A stretch of DNA of 64,000 nucleotides from the NCBI GenBank assembly GCA_965215015.1, contig OZ244042.1, positions 864,001-928,000 on the forward strand, in the 5' to 3' direction. Origin of the DNA: Candidatus Poribacteria bacterium. GTDB taxonomy: Bacteria; Poribacteria; WGA-4E; PCPOR2b. The notes under the pieces are model-generated. The model was not told the origin of the DNA and did no database searches. It worked only from the letters and a program-made list of their open reading frames with translations. The position numbers and the translations under genes were made by a program. Shown one piece after another: positions 40,001 through 47,731 of this stretch (within the stretch, counting starts at the first letter, position 1; every line of letters starts with the position of its first letter).

Positions 40001-40501
40001 TGCCTTATAGGTTGCCATCAACTCATCGGGAGGGGCAGCCCGCGACTCTATTGCGAGATCCACCGCCTTTGTGAGCGCAGCAATCGCCGCCTCATGCTGG
40101 CGTAACGTCGCATACATCTGTCCAAGCGCAAAGTGTGGATAGTAATCGTCCGATGCCAAATCAACAGCACGCCGATACGCCATAATTGCTTCCGTATTCT
40201 TACCGAGCCGCTTGTAAATGTGTCCCAGAATCAGCTGCAGATTTGGATTGTCCGGTTTCGTCCTCACCTCCGTTTGATAATCAACGACCATCTGTTCTAA
40301 GCCTCGCCCTTCAAGGTAAAGCTGATACAACCGGTCAAACGTGCTGCCCTCTTTCGGCTTGCGTTCCAGCATCTGCTTATAACGCCCCACGATTTTTTCA
40401 TCAACCACCTCGTCCTGAGCATGCACAATTGGTAAGAGAACAGATACAAAACAGCAGAGAAATGGCACAAAGACTATCGGGTGTTTTTGACGTTCAAACA
40501 T
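31010..40501 (-). CDS. giant secreted TPR protein with LamG (ConA-like) domain and C-terminal beta-sandwich
   Basis: Signal peptide after GGAGGA RBS; dozens of TPR units; ALQLDG...WHHVA...IDEVRIWN; C-terminal W.IIGPF...GSND..KVWLNG. Confidence 0.9.
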   Translation of the reverse strand: MFERQKHPIVFVPFLCCFVSVLLPIVHAQDEVVDEKIVGRYKQMLERKPKEGSTFDRLYQLYLEGRGLEQMVVDYQTEVRTKPDNPNLQLILGHIYKRLGKNTEAIMAYRRAVDLASDDYYPHFALGQMYATLRQHEAAIAALTKAVDLAIESRAAPPDELMATYKALGRAYFRRDRIDEAIAAWSKIAELDPENVFSRIELANLFREQELYSQAIEQHEVIVKLKWDDPYRICLSLREIGKIREEMGEYDAAIQNYDKALALTGQGNWLRKDLQGRIVGIYAAESDWPGLIAYYEAKLAETPNDVELIGLLASAYTENQQVDEGIAEYRKGLELAPTDAGLRLNLIAVFRNAERFEEAAAEYEILSESQPDDFGIYRELGELYLQLEDEDRAKATYQRMIDRYPDNAGTHLILAKIYTGNEWIDDAIAAYEKAISLAPDNLDYIEYFGEFYFHQGNREKTVETWNRLVAGDLATAENYDRLAQLLDAKDFRTEAIAASQKAVEWTPDEYRYRETLARRLMENKDYDAALTEYAAAGQLAPNEFFAEQMGDQELEIYRRQGTLVEKLEALEVELAGGKHTSDDVFALQKQLAKMYLKLGNITYSLEVLLKAKALKPNDVPVNRWLAGIYARQGRRDKANAIYTHLIEVDSANAREYYGHIARSHLKVTDFDAATAAAKQAVAHSPRNPEGHQMLAEIDKQAGNYETAIDSLKGAIRLRPESTDIRAEIAEIYKLSGNPRQAIDQYWRCWELSDSVNDKLTFVKSLSEAYYDLGRPGEFEEKLKQMSKANTSNMGPVLALAAVYQMEGDLPGARFQLARALDRARENPDLLAQLVRVSLDLGDIQDALTYQQRLVKVQPDPIHQQRLGELLFDVEREQEAIQIWTKLLHAKNQTLEAEIKLATLLIRHGLLDEALSGLDRAGEKVKDPKAIYQIGAALVEMNELDRARPHFQRILELPEPPENTTKNVTAGSSRPTYGPPGVNTRKFDLARDLVWQIQGQPFRRGSGQPWAPNSFEEAQAGALVQLTTIAQQQGKLSEFIQQFEAEADANPKDIQTLETLVKLYTLTEDTDKVWETTDRLITASPNDPVYQGLRFIQSMEQKFDYERTKKYLDEMTGVAPEARLWYVVQYASKLYQQGKEADAVKLLDEFEAAKVTNLNTGSMLVSVYAQMERPDAAEKIVAQLPTPAISAAPQTSMTGTPSIAQQQWWQYSSIYQNLAAAYLREGEINKGVALFWTFFDRTKPSGTNAQRVATLTYSSRSYSGYTPIQSSYPSPTVYYNQNRLQYLQGVFSQLWMRDEQEALYTKLQAELAATEGRDRIYPGLMLSYCYWWEGKRDKAQEVLSALQREFPDDLTLKLNTVFASIQTGKHGTALGLLDELARRDPRNRRQYYNLTLQLASHTGNTVKVRELITKVLNSPGGARELYQFSQKLQQSGLTQYAIAVAKKAMVLAMGQRDPNFLMELSRHLEDLGRGQDAAHIAERAMRFANRRDRHGQTLYSWNLQQATHLISRSKAVREREPQLIQAAKKNPGSFQAQVQLATFYESTNQVKKASAAFNAALALRPKDSMARRRYARMLQRSGHSTDAVTQYMMLLKDNPNALGHDYWQVTETFFQVGKVDELVSLAKGLISPSIGHNFGNQFAQRVARQCMENNNPKAAIEIYEKIIEAQPNRHYRYNDLASAYAAAGEPEKAIQFLREKLAAKDIPHAQVEIVSKLTELCKAAGKIESLMTEYEAKLAEKPEDPSLLYLVASMKIAANDLEESSTFVNQLLDLVSVDANWLNSLAAAYRDANDRDRELRLLEATIEKFDPQNWRQLSQSYQRLGTAYAQKGEKERAQNIFRKMGMTRILRGGGFWEKEQLATTYMQHEMWDDAEALYTEIINDLSVQQRTRTQAQQQLMEIKQRRDGLAATTQLTQKTQKMNVGMQRSLAQQYMQRNQLRKAVEIYEQIAIAMPEDFESRAQLATIYSRQNKHDKAIDTWKALLEADPENTKYQDGLVNAYRSADKIPEALELAHKYIDREADSGVHHVRLAKIYAAGDRVDDAIEAYKKAIELAPGDGRTYRELAQLYLRKDDLDAAEKTFLEAIRYTGQEWERRDVERQLMGLYRRQGKLEEMLKQAEEEGTLTLEMQRERAQNYRNEGELEKAVDAYKKALDMAIRSWERNNIFNELVQVYVQLGENDLAIEVYETLSRSGSTGMSIHHGPSGVKVTFGGDKARETLINAYKNQGKLDQLKTHFEGRFKKEAANSVLLEMVAEIYRNADDHEQAAKAYQALCEAQPGNVRSFYYAAAALNKSNQPDLAEELLNQGEVALSASNRRHDTWFLAAVASICLDGEMYAPAIKLVEKAIAASGRFGGFGWGQEHLYSILGKSYLGAEQYENAVNAYQQMASVVRSDGERSRAEAAMRRAYKAGNLYEKRITEKLQLVVENPDDPDAHFALAQTYEWSGRVDEAIAQYEKISELQPANYRWHKTIGDLHQKQRQTEAEFKDTALQLDGNSSFVEVADSDALNNISQQVTVTAWIKPTDFPNGLTPIIYRGDGQTLDRSNQSYALWLQENGTIVFTSSPKSQDGKNLSSAPGAIEFNTWHHVAGIIDGNTNVMKLFIDGTEVENRDFGRGGFYESRYPLRIGGSHEKEINYATFEGQIDEVRIWNIARTAAEIRADMHTKLKGDEPGLVGCWTFDKETEGHVSDVSLGKPPAPGRLIGNTKLVGYTRPIFAVVGPEQLAQATAAYEKALELEPTSYELYLLLAGTYAKGNQLSAAEASYRQALDASLEENEHDSAIRGIWRLYVDQEQKDNGIAILEELKSKMKTSAVLHELLGDAYKAAGDTEKANTEYTKWLEIRQKEANQRQQAWDYQHLANQLLNKEIMPGKALELAERASQIGRSSHYASTLGHAYLANERYEEALEQFKRRANNMYQHGTTPEDPAQQLWRAVAQAGEKAKDEGHYVEMVEKLMNALPDNLTIQLLANVALAKYYSEHDQSDKAKDYANKTGFIPESAWSIIGPFNNTDGIGYNEVYIPEDTTQIDTAAKYDGVDGQVGWKKRVDDTVDGFVDLDKICGGKANWVTAYAWTVVTAPDEREAQIRLGSNDQAKVWLNGEEVFAYSESRSAAIDQNAIPVTLKAGENSILVKLCDEMGFWGFYLRLTDADGEPFADLVFPGE

Positions 40502-40678
40502 GAGGGTTCCTCCTCCGGAGAATGATTTGAATTGGATCGTCCGTTGGTTCTTACAGTTTATCTTCGCCATCACCACAATTCACTATTATGCTGAAAAACA
40601 GAGTGATACGATACAAAACAGATTTTGTCTCAAGTGAGTTTAGCATAATACCCGCCGCGTGACAATAGAGTTTGAAAC

Positions 40679-40741
40679 CTATTTGCCCTGAAGGTGGCTC
40701 GTGACTAACCAAAGGCAAGCCACGAGAATTGACATACGCAT
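40679..40741 (-). pseudogene. 20-codon stub of a seventh TolB-like gene (signal peptide only)
   Basis: MRMSILVACLWLVTSHLQGK*, preceded by the same intergenic sequence as at 41788 and 50189. Confidence 0.85.
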
Positions 40742-40773
40742 AGCGATTTACCGGTTGCCCTCTTTCTTAAAGG

Positions 40774-41787
40774 TTAAGGAATGGGAGAGACTGGATAGAC
40801 TCCAATCCCTCGGTGATGGGGCGAATTAGACTTAGTCTCCCCCCAACGCTTTGGAACCAGGCCCCGCGGCGCAACCGGCAGCCGAGGATTCCATTCGCGA
40901 GCTGCGAAATCCTTGGCGGGGCTATTGGTCAACTGTATCAATTGACGGTCAGCCAACCGAAAACGATAAATATTTGTAATCCCAATTTTCCCGCCTATCA
41001 GGATAGATTTTCCGTCCGCCCCCCATCCGGAGCCTTGTGCAGCCAATAGGGCACCAGGGGGCAACGTCACTGGCTCAAACTCAATCACTTTACGTTTTGA
41101 CCGATGAAGTGTCGCGATGACCATAGAATACTGATGAGCAACCCCATGGGCAAGCGGCGCCGTGATGACCGTATAGAGAATCTTTTTCCCATCCGGAGAC
41201 CACCCGCCCATACGTATGAACGCCCGGTTGACCGGTTGCGACACCAACCATCGATTCCTGCCATCGGCATTAGCCACATAAATTCCGCCCTCAATCCCGT
41301 TCTCATTCTCGAAGGTCGCTTCAAAAGCAATCCATTTCCCGTCGGGAGACCACTTCGGGGAACTGATAAAGTCTGCTTCTGTTACCAACCGGAGGTTATT
41401 GCCATCGAGGTCTATCGTATAAAGACGACCAATATCTTCGCCGCGCATAAACGCAATCCGTTTCCCGCCGGGGTGCCAATGTGGATGCCCATCATAGGCG
41501 GGATGACGGGTCAGGTTGCGTAGATTACTCCCATCGGCGTCCATCACATAAATGTCGGGGTTGGTTTCGCCATGTCGATAGCTATGGAACGCAATCTGTT
41601 GTCCGTTGGGGGACCAGGTAGGCCAGATATCCATTCCCTCGTTGAATGTGAGCCGTGTTTGGTGCCTCCCATCCGAATTCATCGTATAGATTTCACTATT
41701 CCCATCCCGCTTGGAATAAAACACAATTTTTGCATGAAGGTGGCTCGTGGTCAGCCAAAGACTGACCACGAGAATTGACATACGCAT
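40774..41787 (-). CDS. TolB-like PD40 beta-propeller, secreted (subtype C, copy 3)
   Basis: Signal peptide; WSPNG/WSPDG repeats; IYVMDADG. Confidence 0.9.
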   Translation of the reverse strand: MRMSILVVSLWLTTSHLHAKIVFYSKRDGNSEIYTMNSDGRHQTRLTFNEGMDIWPTWSPNGQQIAFHSYRHGETNPDIYVMDADGSNLRNLTRHPAYDGHPHWHPGGKRIAFMRGEDIGRLYTIDLDGNNLRLVTEADFISSPKWSPDGKWIAFEATFENENGIEGGIYVANADGRNRWLVSQPVNRAFIRMGGWSPDGKKILYTVITAPLAHGVAHQYSMVIATLHRSKRKVIEFEPVTLPPGALLAAQGSGWGADGKSILIGGKIGITNIYRFRLADRQLIQLTNSPAKDFAAREWNPRLPVAPRGLVPKRWGETKSNSPHHRGIGVYPVSPIP

Positions 41788-41819
41788 AGCGATTTACCGG
41801 TTGCCCTCTTTCTTAAAGG

Positions 41820-42818
41820 TTAAGGAATGGGAGAGACTGGATAGACTCCAATCCCTCGGTGATGGGGCGAATTAGACTTAGTCTCCCCCCAACGCTTTGG
41901 AACCAGGCCCCGCGGCGCAACCGGCAGCCGAGGATTCCATTCGTGTGCTCCGAAATCGGTGGCGGGGCTATCTGTCAATTGTATCAATTGACGGTCAGCC
42001 AACCGAAAACGGTAAATATTTGTAATCCCAATGTTCCCGCCTATCAGGATAGATTTTCCGTCTGCACCCCAACCGAATCCTTGTGCAGCCAATAGGACAC
42101 CAGGGGGCAACGTCACTGGCTCAAACTCAATCACTTTACGTTTTGACCGATGGAGTGTCGCGATGACCATAGAATACTGATGAGCAACCCCATGGGCAAG
42201 CGGCGCCGTGATGACCGTATAGAGAATCTTTTTCCCATCCGGAGACCAGCCACCCAGACGCATTGTTGAACGGGGGACCGGTCTTGATACCAGCCCTCGA
42301 TTAGTGCCATTGACATTAACCACATAAATCTCCCCACCCTCCTGGTCAATGCTCGCTTCAAAAGCAATCCATTTCCCGTCAGGTGACCATTCCAGATCGC
42401 CGATAAAGTCCGCCTCTATTACCAACCGGAGGTTATTGCCATCGAGGTCTATTGTATAAATACGACCGATATCTTCACCACGCAAAAACGCAATCCGTTC
42501 CCCGCCGGGGTGCCATTGAGGGCGCACATCAAAAGCAGGATGACGGGTTAGGTTACGTGGGTTACTTCCATCGGCGTGCATCACATATACCTCAGCGTTC
42601 CCATCACGATAACTATGGAACGCAATTTGTTGACCGTTGGGAGACCAGGTAGGCCACCTATCAGCGGCTTCATTGAATGTGAGCCGTATTGGGTTACTGC
42701 CATCGGAGTCCATCCTGTAGATTTCGAGATTTTCATCCCGTTTGGAATAAAACACGATTTTACCCTGAAGGGGACTCGTGACTAACCAAAGGCAAGCCAC
42801 GAAGACAGATATCCGCAA
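41820..42818 (-). CDS. TolB-like PD40 beta-propeller, secreted (subtype C, copy 2)
   Basis: Same motifs; GTG start with AGGAGG RBS. Confidence 0.9.
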   Translation of the reverse strand: MRISVFVACLWLVTSPLQGKIVFYSKRDENLEIYRMDSDGSNPIRLTFNEAADRWPTWSPNGQQIAFHSYRDGNAEVYVMHADGSNPRNLTRHPAFDVRPQWHPGGERIAFLRGEDIGRIYTIDLDGNNLRLVIEADFIGDLEWSPDGKWIAFEASIDQEGGEIYVVNVNGTNRGLVSRPVPRSTMRLGGWSPDGKKILYTVITAPLAHGVAHQYSMVIATLHRSKRKVIEFEPVTLPPGVLLAAQGFGWGADGKSILIGGNIGITNIYRFRLADRQLIQLTDSPATDFGAHEWNPRLPVAPRGLVPKRWGETKSNSPHHRGIGVYPVSPIP

Positions 42819-42830
42819 GGTGCACCTCCT

Positions 42831-43364
42831 TTACTCTGTTTCAAACCATATAGACTTTATACTGCGCTTGCCAGCATTGCCTGTAATATTGCTTCCAGTC
42901 TTGACCATATCAATTCGTGTATACGCCTCAATTTCAAATGTGCCTCCCATAATGGGAAGGTCTACACTTGTCCACCCGTACCTACTCAATTCTTGATTAC
43001 CCCGCCTTCTCGATAGGAAGTTAATGTCATCAAGAATTTTATCCGTTTCATTCCAGGTGTTGGTATTATTTTTGACGAAGTGTTTCCACTCCCATTCGCC
43101 GGTGACCGCGACGCTAGTAGTATTTCTAGCAAAGACTCTGTGCCAGCAGTAAGTGGAAACATCGTTCCACTCCAATCTACCAACTTCCACAATCCACTCG
43201 ACACCTTCGTTACTGGTATCGTTTCCATGGACATGGCTATAAATCTCGTGAGGTTGAGTGTCCCCACCGGCAAAAACACCAACAGCAAGAACCAACGCCC
43301 CAGCTGCCGCCAAAACTAATATCCCCAGATACATAGGCTTCGAGTGTTGCTTTGTCCATTTCAT
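42831..43364 (-). CDS. small secreted beta-rich protein (variant D)
   Basis: AGGAGG RBS, signal peptide, WND..TY..H motif shared with variant A. Confidence 0.8.
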   Translation of the reverse strand: MKWTKQHSKPMYLGILVLAAAGALVLAVGVFAGGDTQPHEIYSHVHGNDTSNEGVEWIVEVGRLEWNDVSTYCWHRVFARNTTSVAVTGEWEWKHFVKNNTNTWNETDKILDDINFLSRRRGNQELSRYGWTSVDLPIMGGTFEIEAYTRIDMVKTGSNITGNAGKRSIKSIWFETE

Positions 43365-43460
43365 AATGAACCTCCTTGTGTTAAAACGAGTAAATATGTG
43401 GTTCTCTTTCTCACCAAGCGTTGACGGTGTTGATGACTTGGCTTCACGCTATTTAATTAG

Positions 43461-43477
43461 AGCAAAACCTATGCCAA
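43461..43477 (-). promoter_or_regulatory. sigma-54 -24/-12 promoter
   Basis: TTGGCATAGGTTTTGCT (GG-N10-GC). Confidence 0.8.
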
Positions 43478-43722
43478 CATTGTGAATGCAGTCAACTCTT
43501 CAGACTCGAACTTGCATAGTTGAACACTCAAAATCTCATAGTTCAGTGATTACTACACAACACAACTCACGACGGGGCAACTACAGTCAGACAGCCGGTT
43601 TGTCATAGGGCAATAAATTGCCCAACTACAAACAGAAGGGCGTAACTCCCCATTTATTTTTTTAATTTTCAGTGGAATCTAACCCCATGCCCCTCATTTC
43701 TGACTTTTCCCGTCCTATCACT

Positions 43723-43862
43723 TCGCAGCTTTCTGCGTTTAAATTTGCCTCAAAATCGGCTAAAAGGCAACACATAATCGACGGAAGCCTTGTGGCCACT
43801 GCGTTCCAGCAGGTTCGCAGCTTTCTGCGACGCTAATCCCCCGATATCGCAGCTTTCTGCGA
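43723..43862. promoter_or_regulatory. three TCGCAG-CTTT-CTGCG(A/T) palindromes, candidate enhancer (UAS)
   Basis: Sites at 43723, 43815, 43847. Confidence 0.65.
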
Positions 43863-43864
43863 AC

Positions 43865-44075
43865 TTGCGTGGATCGACTTCTCTTGATACCGTATTTATC
43901 CATTTTATATCTCAACGTGGGCTCTGGAATACCGAGATGGTCTGCCGCAGCCTTCTGGTCTGCAGTGCTTTCAAGCGCGTCAATGATTAAAACCCGATCG
44001 TACTCATCAACCAACTCGGTGAGTGCACTGAACCCGGTATCGGATTTTCTAACGGCGTCAATCTGGATATCAGTC
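43865..44075 (-). pseudogene. orphan 3' fragment (Fis-type HTH) of the sigma-54 activator
   Basis: EYDRVLIIDALESTADQKAAADHLGIPEPTLRYKMDKYGIKRSRST, nearly identical to the end of 53926..55320; stop codon mutated. Confidence 0.9.
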
Positions 44076-44203
44076 CAGATAACAAGCGTCTGCTGATATG
44101 CTTATGGGGATGAAATAGGGGGAGCAGATGTTGTAGGGCCCAACGATTGTTGAACCCTACAGGGCGGAGTTATCTAGCCTTATAGGCGGGACACATCGCG
44201 TCC

Positions 44204-45185
44204 TTAAGGGCGCAATACGTCAGATTTAATATCGCCCCAGAACAGGGGAAGGAACCACCGGGGCGTAATAAACAAACGGGGATCCCACTCATGGGCGGCA
44301 GTATCCGATCTCGGATTGTCAGTCAACTGTATTAAGACATGGTCTGCCAGACGGAAACGGTAGATATTCGACTGATTAGCCTTCCTACCGGTAAAGAGGA
44401 TGGACCTCCCATCAGCAGAGAAAGATACGGAATGCAAAGGCATCCGTGGCACCGGCACTCGATCCCACTTCTTCACCTTCCTCCGACCAATCGGATCCAG
44501 CGTGGCAATGACCGGAAAGGACTTGGCAACGCTTAAGTCAACTGCCTCCGCATACACAATCTGTTTCCCATTGGGAGACCACCCACCCAAGAACATATGT
44601 GCGCCTTGTCGCGATTGGGACACCTGGAAACGACCCCGGCCATCGGCGTTGACGACAAAAATCTCCCGGCGGCCAGTCCCTCCAAACCCTTCAAAGGCAA
44701 TCCGTTTCCCATCCGGCGACCACTTCGGTCTTGAGGCAAACCACAGGTCTGTGATTTGCTTGACGTTGCGCCCATCGGCATCCATCACGAAAATGTTAAG
44801 ATCCTTATTTTTACCACCGTTGCGACCGCTATTAAACGCAATCTGTGAACCGTCAGGCGACCAGGAGGGATAACCATCAATGCCGGGGTGGTGGGTCAGT
44901 CGCCGTGGATTGCCTCCATCGGCATCCATCACATAAATCTCTGAGTTCCTCTCTTTACCCCTATGCGGGTTCTTATCATCAGCTCGGTAACTATAGAACG
45001 CAATCTGTCGGCCGTTGGGAGACCAGGAGGGGGCAATATCACGCGCCTCGTTGAACGTCAACCGCGTCAGGTCGCTACCGTCAGAGTCCATCTTGTAGAT
45101 TTCCAGGTTTCCAGCTCGACTAGAATAAAACACAATTTTGCCCCAAAGGGGGCTCGTGGCAAGCCACGAGAATTGACATACGCAT
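44204..45185 (-). pseudogene. TolB-like propeller (subtype B, copy 3) with frameshifted signal peptide
   Basis: 11-nt deletion between GGCAAGCCA direct repeats relative to copies at 50150 and 52800; remainder of frame intact. Confidence 0.75.
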
Positions 45186-45198
45186 AACGACACCTCCA

Positions 45199-45708
45199 CT
45201 ATTCTTCTGGGATATCAACGTGGCTCACATGTCTAGCAGTTGTCCAACTCGCTGTTTTAAACCCGTTACCATTCTCAAACTTAATTTGAGTGGTGCTCAC
45301 AAGTGGATGAAAGCCGGAGGGTATCCCCCCAGGGGTATGGGTGTTCAAATATCCCTGAACGAAATATGTATCACCCGCGCGTATTTTCGGTCGTCGATCC
45401 GAGTCGTTCTGCTCCTCGACTAAAATCTGGTCTGTGAGAACGATGTTCCCGTGTGTGAATTTACGTGTCCACTTATAGGTAAGTTTCACCCACGTGTTGG
45501 AGTTGTTTTCTATATCCATGTAATGGTGGCTATAGGTGTCCGTGTCATTCCACCAATGAGCACCGGCACCAATTTCATAGTCTACACTCTTCCAGGTGCC
45601 ATCGACTATATCTGTCACAAGATGATTTGCATAACCTGTCACCACGCCAATCAATAGAGCTGCTAGAGCGGTGAGAACCGTTGCCTTGAAACGACGTGAA
45701 CTTAACAT
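45199..45708 (-). CDS. small secreted beta-rich protein (variant A2)
   Basis: GGAG RBS, signal peptide; near-identical to 52851..53357. Confidence 0.82.
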   Translation of the reverse strand: MLSSRRFKATVLTALAALLIGVVTGYANHLVTDIVDGTWKSVDYEIGAGAHWWNDTDTYSHHYMDIENNSNTWVKLTYKWTRKFTHGNIVLTDQILVEEQNDSDRRPKIRAGDTYFVQGYLNTHTPGGIPSGFHPLVSTTQIKFENGNGFKTASWTTARHVSHVDIPEE

Positions 45709-45859
45709 GATGAAATCTCCTCTGATTGGTGATGAATGCTTTGGCATTCCGTTGGGTGAGAACCATCAACTTTGAGTTGATTCACATATCCAATGGATAT
45801 GTAGTTCTCTTTTTCACCAAGTGTTGACAGTGTTGATGACTTGGCTTCACGCTATTTAA

Positions 45860-45876
45860 AGCAAGACCTATGCCAA
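45860..45876 (-). promoter_or_regulatory. sigma-54 -24/-12 promoter
   Basis: TTGGCATAGGTCTTGCT. Confidence 0.8.
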
Positions 45877-46118
45877 CATTGTGAATGCGGTCAACGCTTC
45901 AGACTCGAACCTACCTCGTTGAACACTCAAAGCCTTGTAGTTGGGGAATTCAACACGGCACCACTCACGACGGGGCAACTACAGTCAGACAGCCGGTTTG
46001 TCATAGGGCAACAAATTGCCCGACTACAAACGGAAGGGCATAACTCCTCATTTATTCTTAATTTTCAGTGGAATCTAACCCTATCCCTCTCATTTCTGAC
46101 TTTTCCCGTCCGGTAACT

Positions 46119-46258
46119 TCGCAGCTTTCTGCGTTTAAATTTGTCTCAAAATCGGCTAAAAGGCAACACATAATCGATGGAAGCCTTGTGGACACTGCGT
46201 TCCAGCAGGTTCGCAGCTTTCTGCGACGCCAATCCCCCGATATCGCAGATTTCTGCGA
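46119..46258. promoter_or_regulatory. three candidate UAS palindromes
   Basis: Sites at 46119, 46211, 46243. Confidence 0.65.
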
Positions 46259-46260
46259 AC

Positions 46261-46475
46261 TTATGTGGATCGACTTCTCTTGATACCGTATTTATCCATT
46301 TTATATCTCAACGTGGGCTCAGGAACACCGAGCGGGTCTGCCGCAGTCTTCTAGTCTCCAGTGTTTTCAAGCGCGTCAAGGATTAAAATCCGCTCGTATT
46401 CCTTAACCCATCCGGTGAGTGTGCTGGGCCCGGTATCGGATTTTCTAACGGCGTCAATCTGGATATCAGTCCAGA
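46261..46475 (-). pseudogene. orphan 3' fragment of the sigma-54 activator
   Basis: EYERILILDALENTGD*KTAADPLGVPEPTLRYKMDKYGIKRSRST*, with internal stop. Confidence 0.9.
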
Positions 46476-46606
46476 TAACAATAGCCAGTTGATATGCTTG
46501 TGGGGATGAAAGTCGAAGGGGTGAACATAAAACGGCATTTAAAGGCGACAATCCAAAAGCGTTGAGGTTTTTATCTCAGCAAGAAAGGGGGCGTCAATGT
46601 AAGGAT

Positions 46607-46649
46607 AAAAAAGCGGTATCATACCCGTGAAAAATGGTGTGACACCGCT
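46607..46649 (-). terminator. intrinsic terminator after the lipoprotein cluster
   Basis: agcggtgtcacacc-loop-ggtatgataccgct followed by a T run on the minus strand. Confidence 0.75.
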
Positions 46650-46677
46650 AAGTCCTGTTGGCATTGTAACTTCTATA

Positions 46678-47193
46678 TTAGTTCGATAAGAATTCATGTA
46701 TGTCTATACCCACTTCCTTAACATCAACGATTTTTATCCCTTCTGGGATTTCCCCGTTATTGAGTTGATCCATAATCGTATCGCCATCATTCTCACCAGA
46801 GGTCACAACGTGATGAGCAGACCGATATATTGTACCGTCCGGTTTTTCATGCTCGTCCCAGTAGACATAGGCGACCCCCGGATATTTAGGAAAGAATATC
46901 CCATTTCTACAATGGGCACCAATAAAATTGTGATCACCACTCTTCCATAGTTTAATCTCTGCCCGATTCAGTAATACCATATTTTCAAAAATAGTCTTAG
47001 GTATTTGCAATTTTTCTTCCTCAGGCAGCAGCCAAGCTACTGGAAATGGATAATCATCGGGTACTTCTGGGTAGTTGCGGGATTCTTCCTTCATACGCAA
47101 CTCAATTTCGTCCTGCCCCAACCTCGCGCAGCCCCACATCAGGGGCAAAACGGCGGTTACCATGCAGACGATAAACACGCCTTGGAGATATTT
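46678..47193 (-). CDS. putative lipoprotein, YPEVP.DYP family paralog 3
   Basis: Lipobox-like MWGC; YPEVPDDYP, KLW..GDH.F.G, YP.VAYV.W. Confidence 0.8.
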   Translation of the reverse strand, partial: KYLQGVFIVCMVTAVLPLMWGCARLGQDEIELRMKEESRNYPEVPDDYPFPVAWLLPEEEKLQIPKTIFENMVLLNRAEIKLWKSGDHNFIGAHCRNGIFFPKYPGVAYVYWDEHEKPDGTIYRSAHHVVTSGENDGDTIMDQLNNGEIPEGIKIVDVKEVGIDIHEFLSN

Positions 47194-47210
47194 CATATTT
47201 TTCACCCTCC

Positions 47211-47720
47211 TCATTTTGATAAGAATTCGTATGGATCTATCCCCGCCGATTTATAGTCAACGATTTTTATCCCTTCTGGGGTTTCCCCATTATTGAGTTG
47301 ATCCATGATGGCACTGCTATCATTCCTACTCGTGGTCAGAACGTTACCAGCATACCGGTATATTGTGCCATCGGGTGCTTCCCGCTCGTCCCATTCGACA
47401 TAAGCGACATCGGGGTAGAGCGGGAAGAATAGTCCGTTTGAAATAACGCCGCCAGTAAAATCGTGGTCGCCTTCACTCCATAGCTTCACCATAGCCATAC
47501 TTAACAACTCCATTTGTCCAACGTCCTCCGGTGCAATCTTTACTCGCTCATCTTCGGATCGCTGCCAATAGACCTTATATGGATAGTCCTCGGGCACTTC
47601 GGGATACTCAAAGCCGGTGATCGACCGCCCTGCTTTTGACCCCAATATAGCGCATCCCCATATCATGGACAAAGCGAAAGGTACCATGTAGACGATAAGA
47701 ACCCACCGATGAGATTTCAT
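47211..47720 (-). CDS. putative lipoprotein, YPEVP.DYP family paralog 2
   Basis: Lipobox-like IWGC; same motifs. Confidence 0.8.
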   Translation of the reverse strand: MKSHRWVLIVYMVPFALSMIWGCAILGSKAGRSITGFEYPEVPEDYPYKVYWQRSEDERVKIAPEDVGQMELLSMAMVKLWSEGDHDFTGGVISNGLFFPLYPDVAYVEWDEREAPDGTIYRYAGNVLTTSRNDSSAIMDQLNNGETPEGIKIVDYKSAGIDPYEFLSK

Positions 47721-47731
47721 GTGTCCCCCTT

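Noticed and set aside
31001-40503. Many plus-strand and off-frame ORFs within the giant TPR gene and elsewhere in the ORF track
   Set aside because: Shadow ORFs of well-supported genes, with no motifs or RBS.
43760-44014. 84-aa stand-alone HTH protein
   Set aside because: It is the orphan activator tail reading through a mutated stop, with no convincing start or RBS; treated as a fragment.
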